Shown: positions 40,581 to 48,499 of the stretch, in pieces | Numbering within the stretch: the stretch's first letter is position 1 | How the letters are laid out: each line of letters starts with the position of its first letter | The notes under the pieces: generated by a model | The model's database searches: none | What the model saw: the letters and a program-made list of their open reading frames with translations, nothing else | What the model was told of the DNA's origin: nothing | Origin: Candidatus Poribacteria bacterium | Lineage (GTDB): Bacteria; Poribacteria; WGA-4E; UBA9662 | DNA length: 48,499 nucleotides | Direction: 5' to 3' | Assembly (NCBI GenBank): GCA_036339735.1 | Contig: JAYZAL010000003.1 | Location: forward strand, 1-48,499 | Position numbers and translations under genes: made by a program

Positions 40581-43500
40581 TTGATCGTTATTCTTAGTTA
40601 CTTCGGTCGTTTTTCTGACATTCTCGTTGATAAACGATTTTTGCTTCACTCTTTTATTTTAGGCTTTTTCGTTCTTTCCTTGGCCTGGGGCGGAGTTATA
40701 ACCAAGGACGCCGCACTAACACAAGCGTATGAGAAAGTTGTCACCGGTAATTCTTCTCCTCCTTCTACCTTCAATTCCAAAGATAATTCGAAACGAATCT
40801 TTCTAGAAAAACCAAAAACTTTACAGCCTTGGCTACATTCACCAACTCATCTAAAATCTCACGCATTGAAAGATGAATTGGAACCACCACACTATATTAG
40901 GCAGTATCTTTACTCTTTGAATCGATGGAAACGTGTTCCCCAGTTTGTAGACCTCAGTGAATTATGGGAATACGACCCCAATCAAGTAGACAGTGAAGTC
41001 GATCAAGACGGGTTTGACCTTCCTCTCAACTCAAATCTAAAAATTACTGGTCATAAATCTGTTACGGTTGAACTCAATAAGACACATTACTTCGGCCAAA
41101 CTGATCGCTATAGCTTTTACGGTATGAATAGTGGGTATAGTAGCTCATATAATTCTGGCCTCGATTTAGGATTGAACTCATCTTATGGGGATTCTTATTC
41201 TAGCTATGGTAACTATGGTGGTGGATATGATTCTTTTAGCGGAGGTGGTTTCGGTGGTAGTAGTTATGGTGGATATGGAAGTGGCTTTTCAATGTCTCGC
41301 GGTGGCGCACCTAGAGCTAGTGGTATTAACATTCGTCAGACCCTACAAGTTGGATTACACGGGAGAGTCGGTGAACATACTCACGTAGAAGTCGATTATA
41401 GTGATTCAGGAGGTGACTCATACGGAGGGAGTAGTTATGGCGGCTACAGTGGTGGTGTTGGTGGAGCTAAACAGCAAAAGATCCGAGTCTGGTATGAAGG
41501 GAAACCTGAAGGTATCCTGAGACGAGTCGCCTTTGGCGATATTATGCTTAATTTACCAAATACACGTTTTCTAGATATTAACCGCAATTTATTTGGTTTG
41601 GAAGCTATTGCAGAGTATAAAGGCGCCAAATTAACAGCCTTTGGTTCACGTTCTAAAGGCATAACAGACCGGCGAAGATTCAGAGGTGAATCTCGCCGTG
41701 CCGGTTATGGTAGGGGACAACAGGTAGCCGACCATAATTACGTCAAAGAGCGGTTTTATTTTATTCAGCTAGGTGAAGATGGGTTACTTCATGATTCGTA
41801 TTTACCTATCAAAAAAGGTAGCGAGCAAATCTATATTGATGATGGAGTTGCTAATAACAATCAGGGCGGACAGAGAACAGTAAATGGTTATTTCAATCTA
41901 CAGTACCCAGGCCAGGACTACAATATTGACTATGAAACGGGAGAGATTGAATTTCTTATTTCGATGTCTCCTAGTTATAAGATTGTGGCAGCATATGAAT
42001 ATCTTGGAGACGGAACTGGCGTTGTTGGTTCACCTAAGAATGTTTTTGTTAATGAAAATGATGACACTCCTACCACTGGAGAAAGTCAACAGAAAGGATA
42101 TGTAACTCTAAAAGACAAAGCCATTCGAGGTACTGAGTCTCGGCGCGTGTATAACCTGGGAAACAGAAATATTAATCCGAGAGATTTCCAGCTGACCATT
42201 TGGCGCCAAGGTGCAGGTGAGGCATTCGAGACAAAACAAGGAGAGATCCCTTATGTTCAAATCTTTGGTCTAGATAAAGATGGGGATGGCAGAGTCGAGC
42301 CAGAGTATGTCGATTTTGATCGTGGTATTCTAACATTTCCAACTTTCCGCCCATTTATGATTGAAGATCCAGAAAGCCCTTTCTATCAGTATAGAGATCA
42401 ACTTAACAATGAAGCTATTTACGCTGAGAACACACGTTATGGTGATCAACTTTACACTATTCAAGCTGACTACGCATACCAGTCTAATAGCCACAACGTA
42501 GGTTTGTTTGTTATTCCTAAAAGTGAAACTGTCCGATTAAATGGCCGAAAGCTACAAAGAGATATTGATTATATGATGATCTACGAAGTGGGAACACTTC
42601 GCCTAATGAACATTCAACTAGATGAATATGATGAAATTGAAGTCGAGTTCGAGCGTGCACCTTTCGGTGGTTCATTACAACAGACTGTAGCGGGGGTTTG
42701 GCTAGAATATCAGTATCAACCAAAAGAAAAAAAATCTACTGATGTAAACACTTCTACCAAAAAATTTAATCGTTTTGATCGATTGATGGGACGGACTAGT
42801 CAAACTACAGGCACTTTTTCTAAACCTAATTCTACAATAGGAACGACATTTGGCTCAGGTCAAATGGGGAGAGGATTTGGTGGGAACCGGTTTGGCAGCG
42901 GTTCTTTTGGCTTTGGTGGATCTTCGGGGTTTGGTGGTGGATTTTCCTCTTCAAGTTTCGGAATGGGTGGTCGTTCAAGGCGTGGTATGTATGGTACAGG
43001 GGGACGAACTCATTTTAATCCTGTTTTTAAACAAGGATTGAATTTTTCAACTGGTTACATTATTAATACGGGACAAAAACCAGTTGAGGTCCCCAACCCA
43101 AATGAAGTTCCCAGCCGTTTGCAAGCTTTTAATTTAAATACTAGTTTTGGCCAACAATTCAATTTAGCGTGGCTAGTTAACCCTATACCTTTTGTTTTTG
43201 TAGATGAATTTCCATTGATCTTCAATTTTAGTGGTGAGGCGGCATTCTCACACAATAACCCTAACAGTGTGGGTCTATCCATGGTTGACGGTATGGAAGG
43301 AGCCAGAGAAACGACTGCTATTTCAACTTTCAAGCATAACTGGAGTATGGCAAGTATCCCTTATAGTCAAGATGGAATTTCTGGTCAACAGCTAATTCCA
43401 CCGACTGTAGAAAATAGAGCCGTCTTTCGTAAACTAGTTAGCGATGAAAAGGATGAAAAGGCTATCGGTAACTACATGAGAAACAAGCGTCTTCCTGCCT

Positions 43501-46500
43501 CAATTATTAATCCGATGGCACGTTCAACTGAAGAAATACTAATCATGGAAGTTGGTTATGATTTCAGTGATGTTATTGAGGAATGGGGTGGATTTTCCTA
43601 TGGCATCTCTTCTGCTGGTGCTGATTTTTCTCAGCGCCAATTTTTGGAAATGTGGCTTCGTACTCGTGGTGATGATGATGTTATTTTACATATCGATATT
43701 GGTGTCGTTGCTGAGGACGCCGACCAAGATATGCGTCTGGATAGTGAAGATTTACCTAAACGACTAGATGATAATAATGGAGACGGCAAAATTGATGCTC
43801 TCGATTTAGATCTAGAAAATCTACCTCTTGAACACAAGTACCGAGCTAATGGTACATTAGATACTGGTGAAGATACTGGTTGGGATTATAATCCGCAAAG
43901 TGGTTTCCGGTCAGCTCTTCGTCTCGGAGATAACAATAAAGCCTTAGATACTGAGGATCTCAACGGAGACGGTGTCCTAGATGATATTAATGCTTACCTG
44001 GAGATTTCTATACCTTTGGATCAAATTCCTGATCAATGGATTAAACGTAAACGAAGTAATGGTTGGAAGTTTATTAGTATTCCCCTAACAGTTGCTGCAC
44101 CCCATGGGGATCGAGTTCCTAATTTGGGCTATGTACAACATATACGATTTTGGTTACAGAAGAACCAACCGGGTTCCGTGAATGGACAACTTCAATGGTC
44201 TTCAATTGAGCTTGTTGGTAACCAATGGGAACAAGGCATTGTTACTCAAAATGGCTCACCAGTAAGCGATACTAATGAAAAGTTCGTAATTTCTACAAAG
44301 GATAATTATAACTTTGATGATTATCAAGGTGCTTATGATCAACTCAAGGATGGCAAATTGTTTCGTAAACTTCATCCTTACACGAACGTGAACTTTTCAT
44401 TTGATTCATCACATCAAAAAGAGCAATCACTGGTACTCAACTATAATCTCTTACCTGACTCATTTGGTATTACCTCTAAACGACTGCGTGGACGCCAGCA
44501 AGGAGAAGGACAAGATTTTTCTAAGCATAATAAACTCAATTTTTGGTTATACGGTGATAAAAGCCAGGCGACTTTCGTTATGCGGTTAGCTTCAACTGGT
44601 ATTAGATCTAGTTATCGATCTTCTTACTACTATTCTTCGAATGACCCTTTCTCTGATCCACTTAAAGACACCAAAGATGAAGTAAACGTATTTGAAAATT
44701 TAACTGATTATTACGAATTTACTCTTCCTATAGATTTTGAAGGATGGAAATTAGTTGAAATCAGTTTAACAGATGAGCAGAAAAATGAAACGGAAAGCAA
44801 AATTGAATCGAAGCCCTCACCAACTCAAATAGAAGAAGCAAATGACCAAGAAGACCTGAAAGAATCAAGCACAAAAACATCTCAGCCCGATGGTCACCCA
44901 GATAGTTTCAAACTCCGGGGGCAAAATAGTAATAATTTATCGATAAAAAACATTGGAGGTGTTTTATTAGGCTTAAAGAATGATGGTCAAAATGAGATTA
45001 GTGGCGAAGTTTGGGTTAACGATATCCATTTGAGTGATCCGTTGGTCAAATCAGGATGGGCGAGACGTGGAAATTTGTCAATTGAGTTGGGGCGTATACT
45101 CAAAATTCAAGGTGGTTTTGCTGGACAAGATAAGGATTTCGAGAGTTCTGCTGGTCAAACAAGCAGGCAAAGTATGTATGATCGTGGCTATAGTACCACT
45201 AATAATGATTACAATCTTAACAGTGATATTACTTTGCTGAGTTGGTTACCCATTCGATATTCGATTAGCCATCAGGAGACTGAAACAGAAAATCGGAGGG
45301 GTTCAATTAGTTCATATCAAAGTGGGAAAAGTGAAACCCTAAATCGTGATATTTCGATACAGTTCAGCCGTCCAAAATGGCCGATGTTGGGCTTTGCTTA
45401 TAATAAGCAAGATTTTTGGAATGAACGTCAAGGTTCACAATTAAGTGATCTTTATACAGGAACTTTCCGTTACAGTATTGGACAACGTATTGGATTAGAT
45501 GTTCAGTACCGGCATGAAGATGTCGACTCCGATACATCCACTGCGAACTCAACAAACACTAGTCGCTCTAGTTATGGTGGATATTATGGGTATAATCAAG
45601 ATGAAAAAGTAGATACAGGTTCAGTTTCTTTCAATCTACAACCCTTCGATAGCCTTAGTCTCAACACGCGTTACGATATCAGGAGAGAATTAGAAAAAAA
45701 AGGAAGCAGACAATCTTCTAGGTCTTATAATTCTTACGGAACTTATTCATCATACGCTAATCAATCGATTAGCAACCCGACAGAGCAAGAAACCGAATCA
45801 AAAGCAGATAGTGAAGAAATTTATACATTAGCAGCTAGGGAACACCGATTTTCAATTAATCCTCGTATCAATAGGGACTTACTTGGTTTACGACCAACAA
45901 TTACCAACCAAGTTAGTTTTAGTGAGAATTGGTTCGGTGAGTCGAAAGACGCATCAATCAATGCTAACATTCGTTTGGGGCTTGGTATACGCCCAAAGTC
46001 TTGGTTCGGCTGGCTATTGAACCCTAAACCTAATACTAGTGAATCTAGCGAGCTATCATTATTCGAAAAAAATACAGATGAAGAACAATTTGAGGAAGAG
46101 ATTAAGCAACAAGATAGACTAAACCAACTAGAAGATATAGGAATTACCCAAGAAAGTGTTGAAAATGCTGAAAGCCTTAAAGGCGATTGGATACAAAAAG
46201 AAAAGAAAAAAATGGATCAAAAAATGGCTTTACGAAATGGCCTGGACCAAGAAAAAAGGACCGGATTATTTCAAAGAAGTCTTGAATCATTATCATTAAA
46301 TACTGATATCAGTTTCAACACTCAAGACTACCTCCGACAATTAGAATCTGGGGATTCTTTTCGTGATATTCTTGAGTTTGATGAAGGAGATAAGCGACGT
46401 TCACGAGCTAGAACTGGTACTCGATACAATTTTCGTGCTTCAGTAGATCCCTGGTCTTGGGCATCAATCAGCGGAAATTATTCACATAGTGATAGCTTTA

Positions 46501-47099
46501 TGAAGTCTTCCAGTACCTCATCTAAATCAAATACGACTAGTTATGATAGTAATCTCAAGTTATTCAATGCTAAGAATACTTCTACCTTGCAATTACGTTA
46601 TAGATATATGACGCGAGACCATAGTAATATAAATGCTAGAATTGGCGGAAGCCTCTCTCATGAACCTTCGATTAGCTGGCGCCATGCTTGGCAAGGCGGA
46701 AGTAGAACTACCATTGGTGTACGAACAACTCTCCGTGACCAAGAACGGGCTGGCATCGATAGCTTATCGTTTATAATCACACCTAGTTTCAATGTAGATT
46801 ACAAACTTAGTATTGAAAGTGGTATTCGTATTCCCTTTCGACGGAAAGTCATTAAACTAGAGCATGACCTTGATTTGAGTAATACGTTCTCAACAGTAAT
46901 TCGTCGTGAACAATTTGGTGCTAACAGAGAAGAGCGATCAGAACGTTATGAGACTACGGTACAAATGCGATATAACTTGAGCACCAAACTAACGGCTAAT
47001 TTGAATTTAGGCGTTAGTTACAATCAAGATCATGTAGAGGAAGGACGCGATTACTTGTCTATTGCCAGTTCATTAACTGTAAGAGGTGAGTTCCGGTAG
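40581..47099 (+). CDS. SprA-like (type IX secretion translocon) giant outer-membrane beta-barrel protein
   Basis: SprA-type blocks in order: LQVGLHGRVGEHTHVEVDY, KIRVWYEG...VAFGDIMLNLP...NLFGL, LQRDIDYMMIYEVG, DTEDLNGDGVLD, GEVWVNDIHL; amphipathic beta-strand C-terminal half ending LTVRGEFR. Exact start codon uncertain. Confidence 0.75.
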   Translation: MIVILSYFGRFSDILVDKRFLLHSFILGFFVLSLAWGGVITKDAALTQAYEKVVTGNSSPPSTFNSKDNSKRIFLEKPKTLQPWLHSPTHLKSHALKDELEPPHYIRQYLYSLNRWKRVPQFVDLSELWEYDPNQVDSEVDQDGFDLPLNSNLKITGHKSVTVELNKTHYFGQTDRYSFYGMNSGYSSSYNSGLDLGLNSSYGDSYSSYGNYGGGYDSFSGGGFGGSSYGGYGSGFSMSRGGAPRASGINIRQTLQVGLHGRVGEHTHVEVDYSDSGGDSYGGSSYGGYSGGVGGAKQQKIRVWYEGKPEGILRRVAFGDIMLNLPNTRFLDINRNLFGLEAIAEYKGAKLTAFGSRSKGITDRRRFRGESRRAGYGRGQQVADHNYVKERFYFIQLGEDGLLHDSYLPIKKGSEQIYIDDGVANNNQGGQRTVNGYFNLQYPGQDYNIDYETGEIEFLISMSPSYKIVAAYEYLGDGTGVVGSPKNVFVNENDDTPTTGESQQKGYVTLKDKAIRGTESRRVYNLGNRNINPRDFQLTIWRQGAGEAFETKQGEIPYVQIFGLDKDGDGRVEPEYVDFDRGILTFPTFRPFMIEDPESPFYQYRDQLNNEAIYAENTRYGDQLYTIQADYAYQSNSHNVGLFVIPKSETVRLNGRKLQRDIDYMMIYEVGTLRLMNIQLDEYDEIEVEFERAPFGGSLQQTVAGVWLEYQYQPKEKKSTDVNTSTKKFNRFDRLMGRTSQTTGTFSKPNSTIGTTFGSGQMGRGFGGNRFGSGSFGFGGSSGFGGGFSSSSFGMGGRSRRGMYGTGGRTHFNPVFKQGLNFSTGYIINTGQKPVEVPNPNEVPSRLQAFNLNTSFGQQFNLAWLVNPIPFVFVDEFPLIFNFSGEAAFSHNNPNSVGLSMVDGMEGARETTAISTFKHNWSMASIPYSQDGISGQQLIPPTVENRAVFRKLVSDEKDEKAIGNYMRNKRLPASIINPMARSTEEILIMEVGYDFSDVIEEWGGFSYGISSAGADFSQRQFLEMWLRTRGDDDVILHIDIGVVAEDADQDMRLDSEDLPKRLDDNNGDGKIDALDLDLENLPLEHKYRANGTLDTGEDTGWDYNPQSGFRSALRLGDNNKALDTEDLNGDGVLDDINAYLEISIPLDQIPDQWIKRKRSNGWKFISIPLTVAAPHGDRVPNLGYVQHIRFWLQKNQPGSVNGQLQWSSIELVGNQWEQGIVTQNGSPVSDTNEKFVISTKDNYNFDDYQGAYDQLKDGKLFRKLHPYTNVNFSFDSSHQKEQSLVLNYNLLPDSFGITSKRLRGRQQGEGQDFSKHNKLNFWLYGDKSQATFVMRLASTGIRSSYRSSYYYSSNDPFSDPLKDTKDEVNVFENLTDYYEFTLPIDFEGWKLVEISLTDEQKNETESKIESKPSPTQIEEANDQEDLKESSTKTSQPDGHPDSFKLRGQNSNNLSIKNIGGVLLGLKNDGQNEISGEVWVNDIHLSDPLVKSGWARRGNLSIELGRILKIQGGFAGQDKDFESSAGQTSRQSMYDRGYSTTNNDYNLNSDITLLSWLPIRYSISHQETETENRRGSISSYQSGKSETLNRDISIQFSRPKWPMLGFAYNKQDFWNERQGSQLSDLYTGTFRYSIGQRIGLDVQYRHEDVDSDTSTANSTNTSRSSYGGYYGYNQDEKVDTGSVSFNLQPFDSLSLNTRYDIRRELEKKGSRQSSRSYNSYGTYSSYANQSISNPTEQETESKADSEEIYTLAAREHRFSINPRINRDLLGLRPTITNQVSFSENWFGESKDASINANIRLGLGIRPKSWFGWLLNPKPNTSESSELSLFEKNTDEEQFEEEIKQQDRLNQLEDIGITQESVENAESLKGDWIQKEKKKMDQKMALRNGLDQEKRTGLFQRSLESLSLNTDISFNTQDYLRQLESGDSFRDILEFDEGDKRRSRARTGTRYNFRASVDPWSWASISGNYSHSDSFMKSSSTSSKSNTTSYDSNLKLFNAKNTSTLQLRYRYMTRDHSNINARIGGSLSHEPSISWRHAWQGGSRTTIGVRTTLRDQERAGIDSLSFIITPSFNVDYKLSIESGIRIPFRRKVIKLEHDLDLSNTFSTVIRREQFGANREERSERYETTVQMRYNLSTKLTANLNLGVSYNQDHVEEGRDYLSIASSLTVRGEFR

Positions 47100-47290
47100 T
47101 TGGTCATTTTAACACAAACTAACTGGGTGCCAAGCTAACTGGTGCTAACAGAGAAGAGCGATCAGAACGTTATGAGACTACGGTACAAATGCGATATAAC
47201 TTGAGCACCAAACTAACGGCTAATTTGAATTTAGGCGTTAGTTACAATCAAGATCATGTAAGAGGAAGGACGCGATTACTTGTCTATTGC
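46916..47290 (+). repeat. 150-bp direct repeat (46916-47065 and 47140-47290)
   Basis: The two copies are identical except for one extra A in the second (CATGTAGAGG vs CATGTAAGAGG). Confidence 0.95.
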
Positions 47291-47330
47291 TGACAGTCAA
47301 TCTAAACACGAATTTTCAGGCAAAAAAAAA

Positions 47331-47447
47331 CCCAGCAACGACCTACTTTCCCACGGGGTCTCCCCCGAAGTATCATCAGCGCTGAAGGGCTTAACTGCCG
47401 TGTTCGAAATGGGAACGGGTGGGACCCCTTCGCTATAGTCACTGGGT
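47331..47447 (-). rRNA. rrf: 5S rRNA
   Basis: Minus strand reads CCCAGTGACTATAGCG...CCCGTTCCCATTTCGAACACGGCAGTTAAG...GGGAAAGTAGGTCGTTGCTGGG; the ends pair; downstream of 23S. Confidence 0.96.
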
Positions 47448-47605
47448 AAATCTTAAATCCGCCTGAACAAAAAATAAATTATGTACATCAGGCTTATAAT
47501 TACGGTGCATTCACCTAATGTTAGATGAATGCGATTCTATGAAACATTGAAAACTGTGCTTATATTTAGCAAGGACCTTGTTAAAGATGAACGAAATATT
47601 GCAAA

Positions 47606-48499
<894 letters not shown>

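Noticed and set aside
7605-45555. Many short ORFs nested in or antisense to the long genes
   Set aside because: They are shadow frames of well-supported coding sequences.
46916-47290. Diversity-generating retroelement (VR/TR pair at a gene 3' end)
   Set aside because: The copies differ only by one inserted base, with no adenine-specific substitutions, and no reverse transcriptase is encoded in the window.

Overview
An AT-rich bacterial chromosome segment, mostly housekeeping and carbohydrate/oxygenase genes, ending in the 3' part of an rRNA operon (23S partial plus 5S, minus strand). Three PhyH dioxygenases, a DUF1501 protein, FG-GAP/CRTAC1 propellers and a LamG protein ending in AVQPTAKLAATWGRLK point to Candidatus Poribacteria (inference from gene content). 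Recognisable genes include fur-family, mazG, rpsD, rsmD, pepA, polA, dapF, dapA, thiO-thiS-thiG-argB, sixA, hflK, hflC, fkp and thiN. Four signals stand out. (1) A 2172-aa SprA-like (type IX secretion translocon) beta-barrel gene. (2) That protein carries FG-repeat and [G/S]Y[G/S] low-complexity insertions resembling nucleoporin or prion-like domains. (3) A short C-terminal WGxLK tail on a secreted LamG protein could be a non-canonical sorting signal. (4) A divergent VTC/CYTH tunnel-fold protein lies between sixA and the thiamine genes. A 150-bp duplication of the sprA-like 3' end beside the 5S gene may be an assembly artefact. No CRISPR array, tRNA, transposase or prophage was seen. All assignments come from reading motifs by eye; no searches were run.
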